IMG/VR virus record: IMGVR_UViG_3300025101_000019
Span: 109,351-173,350 of that record
DNA: 64,000 bases
Strand: one strand, 5' to 3'
DNA from: a virus
Shown here: positions 1 through 10,221 of the stretch, piece by piece
How the letters are laid out: each line of letters starts with the position of its first letter
How positions within the stretch are numbered: position 1 is the stretch's first letter
The notes under the pieces: model-generated
What the model saw: the letters and a program-made list of their open reading frames with translations, nothing else
Told to the model about the DNA's origin: nothing
The model's database searches: none
Made by a program: the position numbers and the translations under genes

Positions 1-195
1 AAAATACTCTCTACGAGATGGTTCGTATGAATTACGAATATCACCTGCTGCGTAAACAGTACCATATTTTAAGAAATCTTGGTAAAATTCCTTAATAATA
101 TTTGTTTTTTTCTTTTCTTTCTTCTCTTCTTGTGCATTTACACTCATTGGTGCAAACATTAAGAAAATCATGAATAATGATAATAAATTTTTCAT
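1..195 (-). CDS. Secreted/outer-membrane protein, N-terminal part only (runs off window)
   Basis: Manual translation MKNLLSLFMIFLMFAPMSVNA|QEEKKEKKKTNIIKEFYQDFLKYGTVYAAGD...; Sec-type signal peptide followed by Gln; GAGGGG upstream. Confidence 0.7.
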   Translation of the reverse strand, partial: MKNLLSLFMIFLMFAPMSVNAQEEKKEKKKTNIIKEFYQDFLKYGTVYAAGDIRNSYEPSRREYF

Positions 196-214
196 TGTGG
201 TATGTTTCCCCTCT

Positions 215-463
215 TTACTTTTTAGCAAATTTTTCTAACCCTGCGATACCAAAACAACCAAGAGTTATATATACGAATGAGTTGTATATAAATTCATTGA
301 TTATTAAATCTTTTCCAAAGTATCCAGTTCCCAAGTCAACGATTGCAAATAGTGTCATGACTGCAAAGCTCATAAACCCTATAACATTTTTTTCGTTAAT
401 GTCGTTGTTGTCCTTAAATATGTTTTTAAATGCCATCCATTTTCTCCCAATATATTTAAACAT
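215..463 (-). CDS. Small two-TM membrane protein, putative holin
   Basis: Two hydrophobic segments, basic C-terminus, directly downstream of endolysin, late motif at 497-504. Confidence 0.6.
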   Translation of the reverse strand: MFKYIGRKWMAFKNIFKDNNDINEKNVIGFMSFAVMTLFAIVDLGTGYFGKDLIINEFIYNSFVYITLGCFGIAGLEKFAKK

Positions 464-513
464 AACTTCTAATCCTTTTTGTTAACTGATTACTCATATA
501 AATAGTTTCTTTC

Positions 514-1395
514 CTACAAATCCACTAACATATCTAACAATTCCGCCTGTGGGAACATATCAAACTTATCCTTACGAGTGTTTGTATGTGTCCACATACC
601 TTTTACTCGTCCATAATATGCATCTTCATTGAACTCAAATCCGTCAGCACCTTTTGCTTTTACCTCTTCTACAAGACCTTTTCTTACATCAATACTATCT
701 CTTTCTGCAATCCACAAAATCCACAATCTTAATGCTTCAATTTGTTTATCAGAATATCTGTGCCAATGTTTAAATCCTCTGAATGGTTTGTCCAATGTAA
801 CGATTTGTGATTCATGTGCAGTTGTTCCTGCATATGTTTTTCCGTCTTTAAGATATCCAAAGTTATTTACTTCGATACCAACCGAATGTGTATGCATATG
901 TTGTGAACCATTCTTTCCTAAATGCCATCCATAATGACCCTCAGGAAACGCCTGAACCATTACTCCATCATATGTTTCATCATTACCTTTGATTGATTGA
1001 CCACCTAATACAAACTCAGTTGCGACTGCTCCTCTACTATCTCTACCCCAATGGTCAACAGTTCTGTATGGATTCTGCCATCCTGCGGTGTGATGTAAGA
1101 AACAATATTCTTTTTTTGTGATTCCACTTTTGTATTCACCAACTGGAAGATAGTGTCTATTGACCACTAATCCGTTTTCTGTTGTGAATGTCTTTTCAGT
1201 ATCATCAGTAGTAGCAAGACCCATAGTATCCCAAGTGGAAGGACCAACAATCCCATCAGCAACCAAACCATTGGCTTTTTGAAATTCTTGAACTGCTTTC
1301 TTAGTTCCCTCACCGAATATACCATCCGCTCCTATATTTAAAAATTCTTGTAAATCTTTTACTTCTTGTCCTCTTGAACCTACTCTAAGTAACAT
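514..1395 (-). CDS. Endolysin: PG-binding domain plus N-acetylmuramoyl-L-alanine amidase
   Basis: GSRGQEVKDLQ..ADGIFG..T..AV..FQ..ADGIVGPST repeats; HHTAG, SVGIE, HTN..KFD zinc amidase motifs. Confidence 0.88.
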   Translation of the reverse strand: MLLRVGSRGQEVKDLQEFLNIGADGIFGEGTKKAVQEFQKANGLVADGIVGPSTWDTMGLATTDDTEKTFTTENGLVVNRHYLPVGEYKSGITKKEYCFLHHTAGWQNPYRTVDHWGRDSRGAVATEFVLGGQSIKGNDETYDGVMVQAFPEGHYGWHLGKNGSQHMHTHSVGIEVNNFGYLKDGKTYAGTTAHESQIVTLDKPFRGFKHWHRYSDKQIEALRLWILWIAERDSIDVRKGLVEEVKAKGADGFEFNEDAYYGRVKGMWTHTNTRKDKFDMFPQAELLDMLVDL

Positions 1396-1404
1396 TTTGA
1401 CCCC

Positions 1405-1719
1405 TTATTTTTTTCTACCAGCACAATGTGCTTTTTGACTAAACCCCTTCGGATTATTACAGTCAATTGATTTTTTATAGTCGGAAGACCATTTCTCATC
1501 AATCTTTTTGATAAGTTCTTCCAATCTCTTCTCTAAAGTTTCTTTTTTAGAGGGAAGACCTTTATGTTTAGTTGCAGCATACTTTTTAACATCAGACTTC
1601 TTCATTTTCTTTGCAACTTTTTGTGCATCTTTAGAAAAATCTGAAGCTTTTGCATCACCTTTTTGTATTGCTCTAACAATACCCATGAATTTCTGTTGTT
1701 GTTTACTTACTGCGGGCAT
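1405..1719 (-). CDS. Small basic T4-like phage protein
   Basis: MPAVSKQQQKFMG..TKHKGLP and KKSIDCNNPKGFSQKAHC modules recalled from T4-like phages; strong SD TAAGGAG. Confidence 0.65.
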   Translation of the reverse strand: MPAVSKQQQKFMGIVRAIQKGDAKASDFSKDAQKVAKKMKKSDVKKYAATKHKGLPSKKETLEKRLEELIKKIDEKWSSDYKKSIDCNNPKGFSQKAHCAGRKK

Positions 1720-1732
1720 AAAAATCTCCTTA

Positions 1733-1942
1733 CTAATAAGTATGTAAAAATTTAAAAGGAATCATCCAATGAATATCAAAAGGGTCACTAACCTCTGCTT
1801 CTTCCTTTTGTTCGTTGAGTGATATAAGAGTCACCTTTTCGCCCTCTACCAGACTTCCCCTGTGATTGCTGAAGGTCTCCCTCATCAATATCTTTTCTCC
1901 TATTTTTTCTTGTAATTTTTTCATATGTTTCAAAATATTCAT
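1733..1942 (-). CDS. Hypothetical protein (possible SH3-like beta barrel)
   Basis: GEKVTLISL..EAEVSDPF..WMIP pattern; overlaps 1788..1979 in another frame. Confidence 0.5.
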   Translation of the reverse strand: MNILKHMKKLQEKIGEKILMRETFSNHRGSLVEGEKVTLISLNEQKEEAEVSDPFDIHWMIPFKFLHTY

Positions 1943-1979
1943 CCTCGAAGTCTATACTTCGCACATCAATTTTACCCAT
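1788..1979 (-). CDS. Hypothetical charged small protein
   Basis: Start overlaps the stop of 1972..2217 (translational coupling). Confidence 0.5.
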   Translation of the reverse strand: MGKIDVRSIDFEDEYFETYEKITRKNRRKDIDEGDLQQSQGKSGRGRKGDSYITQRTKGRSRG

Positions 1980-2217
1980 TTTTAATTATCCTTAAATTTT
2001 CTATTTTTTTGAGAAATTGTTCAACTGAATAGTCTTTGTTTTTTTCGTCTTTGATTTTTACTTCTGTAAGTGTATCAGGGTATTTGTTAACCAGCCTTTC
2101 AAGAATTTCGAAACCTTGGTCTGTCCAAAAATTCTTAAAGGATGTTTCACCTAAGATGTTTGTAGAATAGTCTACATCATCCTCATTATCCTCTGGTAAC
2201 AATATGTAGTATATCAT
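1972..2217 (-). CDS. Hypothetical protein
   Basis: ATGA overlap with the upstream glycosyltransferase gene. Confidence 0.65.
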   Translation of the reverse strand: MIYYILLPEDNEDDVDYSTNILGETSFKNFWTDQGFEILERLVNKYPDTLTEVKIKDEKNKDYSVEQFLKKIENLRIIKNG

Positions 2218-3398
2218 AGATTTATCAAACTTTTTTCGTAGTATTTTACTTTATTAACCTTTATATTAAATATGTCCAATTCGAACTCACCGCATTCAAT
2301 TCCATTAGAATCGAAGATTTCTGACCACTTTTGTATGTAAGAATATGATGTATTTGATAGTCTATTTGCATCAAAACTTATTTCAATATCAGCTTCTTTT
2401 TGTACATTTATTCTTGTAGTTAAATCAAACTTAGTATTTGGTTGTTCCAATTTTATATAACTCTCGATGACATCTTCGTCTATATCAATTGTTATTGAAT
2501 CACACCAAGGTTCTAAAATGTTTAATATTTGAGAATTACCATTTTCTACATTAAATTTAATATCATATTTATGTGGAACTTCTGGCATCATCATTGCGTC
2601 ATGTTTTACAAAATGACCCCATTTTCTAATAAAATTCCTTGTTGACCTCATATTTTGTTTCAACCATTCATCTGATTCTTTACCAACTTCAGTTAATGTT
2701 GGGTTGAATCTTGAACCTCTACAAGTCATATGATATACACACCCATCCCAAGTTTGAATCAAATCATATCCATTCAAGAGAAATCTATTGAATATGTCTG
2801 AATCTTCTTTGGATTGAGGTGCGTATAATGGGTCATGTCCACCAATTGAGGTGAAGTCTTCTTTGAATAAAAACCAAGGTGCAAATATACCTTTAGTAGT
2901 TTTTCCATGTTTATATCTTTCATCACCTGTATTAAACCATTCTAAGAATCCATCCTCATCAAAGTCCTCAGGTTCAGTTTTCCAATCCTTGAGTACTTTT
3001 TCAGGCCCATCTGGGTGAAGTGGTGGTTCAATTCGTGTCAATGAAACAACACTCAATGGTTTAATGTGTTCTAATACAGATTCTAATGCGCCAGGACAGA
3101 GATACATATCTGCGTGGTATATTCCTACAATCGGAGTATCTGCTATCTCTACTAACTCATCATATAGGATTGTATGTCCTACTCTTGTTGGTCCTTCGTT
3201 TCTAATTGCCTTGAAGTTTGGGTCGTGTACCATCATATCCTCACACCATTCCCAAGTCCCATCGGAACTGAAATCATCTGCTACACATATTGTTGGTTCA
3301 GGACCTGCATTCTTTCTAATTGATTCGTAAGACCACTTGAGATACTTTAAATTATCTCTTGATGGTTGAATAAAACTAATATCTTTTTTACTTAACAT
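2214..3398 (-). CDS. Glycosyltransferase family 2
   Basis: ADDFSSDGT, HADM (DxD-like), GGHDP..EDSD motifs. Confidence 0.85.
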   Translation of the reverse strand: MLSKKDISFIQPSRDNLKYLKWSYESIRKNAGPEPTICVADDFSSDGTWEWCEDMMVHDPNFKAIRNEGPTRVGHTILYDELVEIADTPIVGIYHADMYLCPGALESVLEHIKPLSVVSLTRIEPPLHPDGPEKVLKDWKTEPEDFDEDGFLEWFNTGDERYKHGKTTKGIFAPWFLFKEDFTSIGGHDPLYAPQSKEDSDIFNRFLLNGYDLIQTWDGCVYHMTCRGSRFNPTLTEVGKESDEWLKQNMRSTRNFIRKWGHFVKHDAMMMPEVPHKYDIKFNVENGNSQILNILEPWCDSITIDIDEDVIESYIKLEQPNTKFDLTTRINVQKEADIEISFDANRLSNTSYSYIQKWSEIFDSNGIECGEFELDIFNIKVNKVKYYEKSLINL

Positions 3399-4251
3399 AA
3401 CTTTTTACCTTTTTAATTAAATCATCGTATGATTCTGTATGATATATTTTTTGACCTGATAGTTTAGGGAAGAATGTTTCATATGCTTTATGTTTTACTT
3501 CATACCCCTTTACTCCATATATAATATTTTCACCACCGAAATATGCAGCCAATGCTGAATTACCACCTTGTGTTGATATTTGATGTTCGGTTAGACTTAA
3601 AACTGCCATCTGTGCTTCATTATATGATAGGTTGTATTCATTTGCGATATCTTGTACTGTTTGTATATTATATTTACTTATCAGTTCTTTATCACCAAAA
3701 TCAAGTGGTGGACTACCATCTTGTGTAATATCATCTACATCAGGTCTGTTATAGATTATATGAAACTTATCAGAACATAATTCAAATATTGTTTTTAATG
3801 AGTCTAAATTAATATAATTTACAGGGTCAGAGTCCCACTCCGTTTGATACTTATTTGATATTACTAATAAAGGTTTATCAAAATTTAATCCCATCCAATT
3901 GTAAACTCCCTTGTAGTGACCATTCAAATCAGGCGGTGACCATCTGTCTTCCCAAACATTACGATTCCCTGCATCTTTTGCATCAGGCCAAAGTTCGTTT
4001 ATCTTTTTACCAAAAAATCCTGCAACATGATTGTGTTGTCTATAATAGGGTACATCGTTTATTTTCAGTTGCATATACTGAATTCTATTTGGATAGACTT
4101 CTGTCACATCTAAATTTGGATATAAGATATGACCACCCTTTGAAGTTCTTACTTTTACATCAACCCCTTGTTCTTTTGCATAATTTATTAAAGGTAGTGC
4201 TGCAAATAGTTCGTAACCAAACTCACCATGTATATCAAAGGTTGTTGTCAT
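3388..4251 (-). CDS. Putative glycosyltransferase-like protein
   Basis: HGEFGYEL N-terminus and ISTQGGNS C-terminal segment resemble GT-B folds; inside glycan island. Confidence 0.45.
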   Translation of the reverse strand: MTTTFDIHGEFGYELFAALPLINYAKEQGVDVKVRTSKGGHILYPNLDVTEVYPNRIQYMQLKINDVPYYRQHNHVAGFFGKKINELWPDAKDAGNRNVWEDRWSPPDLNGHYKGVYNWMGLNFDKPLLVISNKYQTEWDSDPVNYINLDSLKTIFELCSDKFHIIYNRPDVDDITQDGSPPLDFGDKELISKYNIQTVQDIANEYNLSYNEAQMAVLSLTEHQISTQGGNSALAAYFGGENIIYGVKGYEVKHKAYETFFPKLSGQKIYHTESYDDLIKKVKSYVK

Positions 4252-5138
4252 TAAAAATCAAATTTCAATTGTCTACTACTAAACAAAGATTTAATATACT
4301 CGTCTAATCTATCTTGAGGTTCCCAGTCAAGAAACTCGATTGCCTCATCTGATTCTCTTAGAGTTTCTTTGTAATTACCTTGTTGGTTTGGAATGTACTT
4401 TCTTTTACACCCACTATATTTTTCGAACATATCTGCCACTTGGTTAATTGAATAGTTTGTACCTGTTCCAAGTTCCCAAGCATCAAATGTTGGTTTAGTA
4501 TCATGAGCATTTAACTTTAGTAATGCGTCTACTATATCGTGTACATGGGTAAAGTCTCTTTTTTGTTCACCATCACCGACAATTGTAATTGGTTGGTTAT
4601 CTCTGATTTGTCTTCTCCAGATACCAATTACTGCTGCCCAATCACCATCAATAACTTCATGTGGTCCATATACATTATAGAACCTACAAATCTCTATACT
4701 CATTCCGTAAGTCTTTTTGTATAACTTACATAATTCCTCACCAAGATATTTACAAGCTGCATATGGTGATTGATATGGGTCGTGGTGTTTAGAAGATGAA
4801 CCTGCGTAAATAACTTTAATACCTTTTTTTCTTGCAAAGTCTAAAACCCTCTGAGTTCCTAAAGTATTAACATCAAATGTTTCTGATGGATTTTCAAATG
4901 AAGGTTGTATTCTTGACAATCCTGCCAAGTGATATATCAAGTCTATGTCCTCAGTAAATGAAAACCAACTACTAATCCACTTAACATCATCTTCGTAATA
5001 TGTTGCACCCTTGACATGATTACTTTTTGTACCTGTTGAGTAATCATCAAGTACAACTACTTCATGTCCATTTGTAACTAATCTTTTAACTAAATTTGTA
5101 CCAACAAAACCGGCACCTCCTGTAACTAATATTTTCAT
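4251..5138 (-). CDS. NAD-dependent sugar epimerase/dehydratase
   Basis: TGGAGFVG, YAACK (YxxxK), RFYNVYGP, RDFTHV. Confidence 0.92.
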   Translation of the reverse strand: MKILVTGGAGFVGTNLVKRLVTNGHEVVVLDDYSTGTKSNHVKGATYYEDDVKWISSWFSFTEDIDLIYHLAGLSRIQPSFENPSETFDVNTLGTQRVLDFARKKGIKVIYAGSSSKHHDPYQSPYAACKYLGEELCKLYKKTYGMSIEICRFYNVYGPHEVIDGDWAAVIGIWRRQIRDNQPITIVGDGEQKRDFTHVHDIVDALLKLNAHDTKPTFDAWELGTGTNYSINQVADMFEKYSGCKRKYIPNQQGNYKETLRESDEAIEFLDWEPQDRLDEYIKSLFSSRQLKFDF

Positions 5139-6043
5139 AATAATGGTATTCTATTTGGATTATCTGTTCCTTTTATTTGTTTTACAAAAGTTTGGTCATC
5201 GTGTTCAGGCAATCTACCCCATTTTTTAATAAACTTTTGTGCATTTGTTGATTCTGATTCTTGTTGTCTTTTAGATTTAGAATTCAGTTTATCCTTTGCT
5301 TCATCTCTGAAATGAGAACCTCTTGCTGAAAAGTGATATACAATTGACTTGGATGACATAATAAATTTATATCCTTCTAATTGCATTCTAATAAACAAAT
5401 CCATGTCGTCAAATGAAGCGGGTGCGAATAGTGGGTCGTTACCACCAATCCAAACATAATCATCTTTTTTACAGAAGAATCCGGCACCACCACCTTTTCT
5501 TACACGAGTTTCATCCATTGCGGAAAGTTTTTGAGACCATTCATCAAACCAATCTTTATCGAAGTTGTGATGGAACTCCCCAAACTCATCAGTTGATACA
5601 AATACAGTACCAGGTCGGTAATCAGGGTCATTAGGAAATATTTTAGGTTGAATTCTAAATGATGAAGCGATTATTCTTTTACCTTGAATAGTCCACTCTG
5701 CATTCTCTTCTACGATTTTTTGTAACTCTATATCTTGATTTGGAGCAATCCACATATCTGAGTGAATTATATTTACATACTCTGTTTGTGCTTTGTCAAC
5801 ACAAAAATCCATACCACCGCCGATTCCTCTTGGTATATCATTATGTTCTACAAACCCTTTTAGATTCTTGTCTGCTTGCATTTGATTCATTAACCACTCA
5901 TCTGTACCATCAGTACAATTCTCTGCGTGAATCACAATCGGTTGGTCTTTGTAATATGCATTCTTTCTTACAGACTCGTAAGCAAGTTTTACATAGTCAA
6001 GATTATTATTTGTTGAAATACAAGTTGTTATTGGACTTTCCAT
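5135..6043 (-). CDS. Glycosyltransferase family 2 (paralogue of 2214..3398)
   Basis: ENCTDGT, HSDM, GGNDPLFAP..DDMD; start moved to MESP. Confidence 0.85.
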   Translation of the reverse strand: MESPITTCISTNNNLDYVKLAYESVRKNAYYKDQPIVIHAENCTDGTDEWLMNQMQADKNLKGFVEHNDIPRGIGGGMDFCVDKAQTEYVNIIHSDMWIAPNQDIELQKIVEENAEWTIQGKRIIASSFRIQPKIFPNDPDYRPGTVFVSTDEFGEFHHNFDKDWFDEWSQKLSAMDETRVRKGGGAGFFCKKDDYVWIGGNDPLFAPASFDDMDLFIRMQLEGYKFIMSSKSIVYHFSARGSHFRDEAKDKLNSKSKRQQESESTNAQKFIKKWGRLPEHDDQTFVKQIKGTDNPNRIPLL

Positions 6044-6975
6044 ACATCTTCCCATTTATATGTTTTTGTTTGTTTCATAAAGTTGTAAGCATTATATTTA
6101 GAATACTCACTTGCTTTAGGATACCAATCATTTGACTTTCTTTGTTCGTTTATATCTTTACCATCCTCACTAACAACATATTTTCTTTTTCTTGGATGTT
6201 CTCTGTTATGTACTAATAAAATATTCTTTACAATATACAAAGGAATTTGGTTATTTCCAAATATTGTTAACATTTTATTCATAAAAGCAGTATCTTCGTG
6301 GGTAAAGAATACTGATTTTGGTATGTTTACTCCACTTTTTATTATCTCCGATGACATTACCAACCCACAACCATTAAATTTATAGTTGTATGTAGATTCT
6401 ATATGTGGTGATTCAACATCTGAGTTTATCTCTTCCATTTTATCATAATCCATATAACACCTCGTCCCATACCATGCGTGTGGGTCTCTTGGTAAATCGG
6501 TTAGTTTTGGGTGTTCTAATGGTTTCCACGAATCATCCCACATTTTACAAGTTGAAAAGAACCCAACCCACTTTGGTGTTTGTTCTTTAACTGCCTCGTG
6601 TAATGATAATATCGTTTCCATCGCTTGTGATGGAACTAACATATCGGATTCACCCCAAAACAAGATGTCTACAAGTTCACAATACTTTTCGTTAAAATCT
6701 CTTCTGTAATCTGCGATTGTATATAAATCATCTCTGACTTCGTATTTGATTTGATAACCTTGTAGTTTATATTGATTACAAACTCTAACATACTTTTCCA
6801 TAATGTATGTTAACATATCAACCTCATCAGAAACTTTTTCTAAGTCTTGATTTGTGACTAAACACATATCAATCAAAACTTTTTCTTTTGTTACTATTGA
6901 TTTAGTTAAGGAATCTAAATACTCCTCAAACATATCAACTTCGTACCATTGTACTAAACAACCTGCCGCTACCAT
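6028..6975 (-). CDS. Putative GT-A glycosyltransferase
   Basis: GESDML DxD-like motif and HEDT motif; start moved to MVAAG. Confidence 0.55.
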   Translation of the reverse strand: MVAAGCLVQWYEVDMFEEYLDSLTKSIVTKEKVLIDMCLVTNQDLEKVSDEVDMLTYIMEKYVRVCNQYKLQGYQIKYEVRDDLYTIADYRRDFNEKYCELVDILFWGESDMLVPSQAMETILSLHEAVKEQTPKWVGFFSTCKMWDDSWKPLEHPKLTDLPRDPHAWYGTRCYMDYDKMEEINSDVESPHIESTYNYKFNGCGLVMSSEIIKSGVNIPKSVFFTHEDTAFMNKMLTIFGNNQIPLYIVKNILLVHNREHPRKRKYVVSEDGKDINEQRKSNDWYPKASEYSKYNAYNFMKQTKTYKWEDVWKVQ

Positions 6976-7793
6976 AATGTATCTCTTGGAATCCCTTCCC
7001 AACCAGGATTAGTTTCTGAATCGATTACCCACGAAACATTTTGTTTCTGTAACCATTGGTAGATACCTTTAGTTGCGTTTGCTACTGACTTGATTTCTCT
7101 TGGCCCCATTGATGTTTTTGCATAAACAATCTTTTCGTGTTCATTACCATAGAAATGTTCTTGGAATACTCGTTGTGTATCGTCTTCTGTTCCATTTTCA
7201 AATGATGATAAATCACCAATGTCCCATCCAACTGTAACAATCTTTCTACACCCTAAGTACAATGCCAATGGAATTGCCATCTCATACATAATACCAGGCC
7301 CCCAAGGTTGTTGAAATCCTATTTCGGGGTGGTCTAACTTCATAGTATCCCAATCTTCTTTTTCTGATAGAGAATGAATCATTTTGTTAGGACCAACTCC
7401 ACCACCTGTATTTGGATTGTTTCTAAATATAGGAATGAATAGGTCTGATTCTAAATTATTATCAAAAATCATTTGAGGATGAAATTGTTCAAATATTGCC
7501 CATGTTATGATTGATTTATTATCTGACCAATCGTATGGTGCGAAGTTACAAAAGTTTAGTAAGTGAAAGTCAGTAACATCTTTTACTAAATTATATGATT
7601 GTTTGATTGGCATACATAATTTATCTGCCATAAACTCATTAAGGAATTCTTTATCATACTTTTTAAGTGAAGGACCACCTGCGATTATATATGCAGTCTC
7701 ATTTTTGTACTGATTTTTTAATACCTTTAACCTATCTTCAGGTTCTTCTAATTTTAGAAGTTCTTCTCGTAACTTACTTGTCTGTAATTTCAT
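6969..7793 (-). CDS. Maf/DUF115-like (GT29/42-related) sugar transferase-like protein
   Basis: AYIIAGGPSL and ALYLGCRKIVTVGWD motifs; start moved to MKLQT. Confidence 0.6.
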   Translation of the reverse strand: MKLQTSKLREELLKLEEPEDRLKVLKNQYKNETAYIIAGGPSLKKYDKEFLNEFMADKLCMPIKQSYNLVKDVTDFHLLNFCNFAPYDWSDNKSIITWAIFEQFHPQMIFDNNLESDLFIPIFRNNPNTGGGVGPNKMIHSLSEKEDWDTMKLDHPEIGFQQPWGPGIMYEMAIPLALYLGCRKIVTVGWDIGDLSSFENGTEDDTQRVFQEHFYGNEHEKIVYAKTSMGPREIKSVANATKGIYQWLQKQNVSWVIDSETNPGWEGIPRDTLW

Positions 7794-8199
7794 CGAATTG
7801 TTTAAGTGTTTGTTCCCACGATTCAAACCTAATACCTCTGTCATCTATGTAACAGACTGCTCTTGGTTTTTCACAAGTTATTTCTTTTATATAAGTATCA
7901 ATCTTATATTTGGTTAACCACTCCCATATTAGTTCTTCACCTGTCTTACCATTTACAAGTGGTCTATCAGGTTTTACTTTAGCGGTAAATAAAACTATAT
8001 CATATCCCTTTTCATCGAACCATTTGATTGCGTCTATTGAACCCTCAATCGGTGGGTCATACACAGTTCCATCATGAAACCCTTTTGAATTACCATGGAC
8101 AACACCATCAAAGTCTATTGCAACTTGATGATTGTTTTCATGCCATTGTAGTGCATCGTAGTCTTCTATTTCTTTCTTAAGGGTGTCTTCTGTTTTCAT
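7774..8199 (-). CDS. HAD-superfamily phosphatase
   Basis: IDFDGVV, FTAK, KP..YIDDR motifs; start moved to MKTED. Confidence 0.8.
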   Translation of the reverse strand: MKTEDTLKKEIEDYDALQWHENNHQVAIDFDGVVHGNSKGFHDGTVYDPPIEGSIDAIKWFDEKGYDIVLFTAKVKPDRPLVNGKTGEELIWEWLTKYKIDTYIKEITCEKPRAVCYIDDRGIRFESWEQTLKQFDEITDK

Positions 8200-8914
8200 A
8201 ATTACTGAATACTGGTGTTGATTTATTTCTACTTGAATATGCCCCATAAATAAACTTTCTAAACTCCTTAGTCTCGTGTTGTTTACTTACAGAGTGTAAT
8301 GAGTTTGGTGACGATAAAAAGAATACTGCTCTATTTGCTTTTGCTGGTACAACTGAGTGAATAAGTACTTCCTCATCGTTGTATAACTTAGGTGCACCAC
8401 CCCTTGGTTGTTGATAAGTTTCTACTCCATCGCTTGAATGTATTATAAAGTCACCACCACTCCAATCCTTATCATTAAAGAATATTAAGAAGTTCAGAAA
8501 TCTCTTCTGAGAATCTGCGTGTACTTCTCTAACATAACCATCACCTGCCTCTGACCAATCTATATGAGTAAACATTTTTTGATTTGATAATGACTCATCT
8601 GTTAAAGTACATCCCCAATATTCCATAGAAGATTGGAATTTGTCTTTAAAGTAGTTTAGCATTTCATCTGAATCTATGTAATTGTGAAACTCATTCCATG
8701 TTGTTGTAGATTCTAACCACTTCCAAGTATCTGGTTGACTTGCACTATTTGCGATTTGTCTACGACCACCCATAACAGTATTTGCCTTTTCTTCTATGAG
8801 TTTACCTGGCCATTCCTTAACCAAATTATTAAAGATGTCTTGTTCAAAACAATCATCAATGACTATATAGTCATATGGATAATTGTATACTCTTGCATTA
8901 TTAAAGTTAATCAT
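8177..8914 (-). CDS. 2OG-Fe(II) oxygenase
   Basis: HAD (HxD) ... GG ... SLHSV ... RKFIY. Confidence 0.8.
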   Translation of the reverse strand: MINFNNARVYNYPYDYIVIDDCFEQDIFNNLVKEWPGKLIEEKANTVMGGRRQIANSASQPDTWKWLESTTTWNEFHNYIDSDEMLNYFKDKFQSSMEYWGCTLTDESLSNQKMFTHIDWSEAGDGYVREVHADSQKRFLNFLIFFNDKDWSGGDFIIHSSDGVETYQQPRGGAPKLYNDEEVLIHSVVPAKANRAVFFLSSPNSLHSVSKQHETKEFRKFIYGAYSSRNKSTPVFSNYENRRHP

Positions 8915-9299
8915 ATTTCTCGTATATTTTCTCTTCGAAAAATTCTGAGTTTAACAAGTGATTAATTTCTTTCTTTTCTGCTGCCCTTCTATCATTAGTA
9001 TAATATACTGCTCTTGCCAACTCAATAAACTCTTCATCAAATTTATTGTCTCGTTCTTTTAGTCTAACTGAGTCTTCGATGACCCACATTTCACCATTAG
9101 TTTTTAATAACCTTTGGTAAACTTCTTTAAGTTCATCACCACCTGCTTCCCAAAATGGTTTCAACTTATCTTGTAAATAATTTAGTTCATTTGTAATATT
9201 AGTTTTTTGAACTGAATCATTAACATTTTTTAATTTTATTTCAAGGATTGATAACTTATCAAATGCGTCACCAATCGGTGTTTTAATTTCTATTGCCAT
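8907..9299 (-). CDS. DUF6165-like protein
   Basis: GDAFDKLSILEIK ... WVIED ... FIELARAVYYTNDRRA..K..IN pattern. Confidence 0.7.
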   Translation of the reverse strand: MAIEIKTPIGDAFDKLSILEIKLKNVNDSVQKTNITNELNYLQDKLKPFWEAGGDELKEVYQRLLKTNGEMWVIEDSVRLKERDNKFDEEFIELARAVYYTNDRRAAEKKEINHLLNSEFFEEKIYEKYD

Positions 9300-10221
9300 A
9301 GTTTTCTAACATTTTTTTAATACCATCTTCTAAATATACAAAATTTTTATGAGATACACAACTTTTTAGTTTAGAAAGTGATGGTCGTCTCCATTTAGTA
9401 TCGTTGCCCCATGCTTCTTTGTATTTCTTTTTATATTTTTTACCCATGATTCTATGGATAGTTTTAGCTAAATCTTTGATTCTAACTTCTTCATCAAATC
9501 CAATGTTTATGATTTCGTTATCAACTTTTTCAATAATCTGAGATGCCATTTCTGCGTGGTCTGTTACATAACAAAAAGACCTTGTTTGATTACCATCACC
9601 ATATAGATAAAACTCTTCGCCTGATTGTACTCTTTCTATAAATTCAGGTATTACTTGACCATACCCATTTGTTGCCATTCTCGGGCCGTAAGTATTAAAT
9701 GGTCTAAGAATCACAAAACTCTTTCTTTTCTCATTTGCCCACAACCTTGTCAAGAACTCACCCATACCTTTTGAGGATGCGTATGAATCTCTATCTGCCA
9801 ATGGATGTAGAATCATTGCGTCATCTTCTTTCGTTGGTATCGATGGAGTTGGTCCATAAATTTCAGATGATGATGCGTATACTACTTTTGTTACTGAAGG
9901 TGTACATGCGTTCAATACATTCTGAGTCATTAAGATATTATTGTTACATACTTTAAATGGTATATCATAAAAATACCTTGTACCATTTATTGCAGCGTAG
10001 TGAACAACTATTTCAAATTGTTGTTCTTCCATAAACTTTTTAATGGGGTCTTGATAAACCAAATCTAACTCTTTAAATGTAAAGTTTTCATGATTTGGTA
10101 AGTTACTCACTTTACCTCTAAAAAAGTTATCTACTCCAACAACCTCGTGACCTTTATCTAATAAAGTATCACAAAGATGTGACCCCAAAAATCCTGCTGC
10201 ACCTGTAACTAATATCTTCAT
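9283..10221 (-). CDS. NAD-dependent epimerase / UDP-glucuronate decarboxylase-like
   Basis: TGAAGFLGSHL, SSSEIYG, YASSK, RPFNTYGPRM, TRSFCYV. Confidence 0.88.
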   Translation of the reverse strand: MKILVTGAAGFLGSHLCDTLLDKGHEVVGVDNFFRGKVSNLPNHENFTFKELDLVYQDPIKKFMEEQQFEIVVHYAAINGTRYFYDIPFKVCNNNILMTQNVLNACTPSVTKVVYASSSEIYGPTPSIPTKEDDAMILHPLADRDSYASSKGMGEFLTRLWANEKRKSFVILRPFNTYGPRMATNGYGQVIPEFIERVQSGEEFYLYGDGNQTRSFCYVTDHAEMASQIIEKVDNEIINIGFDEEVRIKDLAKTIHRIMGKKYKKKYKEAWGNDTKWRRPSLSKLKSCVSHKNFVYLEDGIKKMLENYGNRN

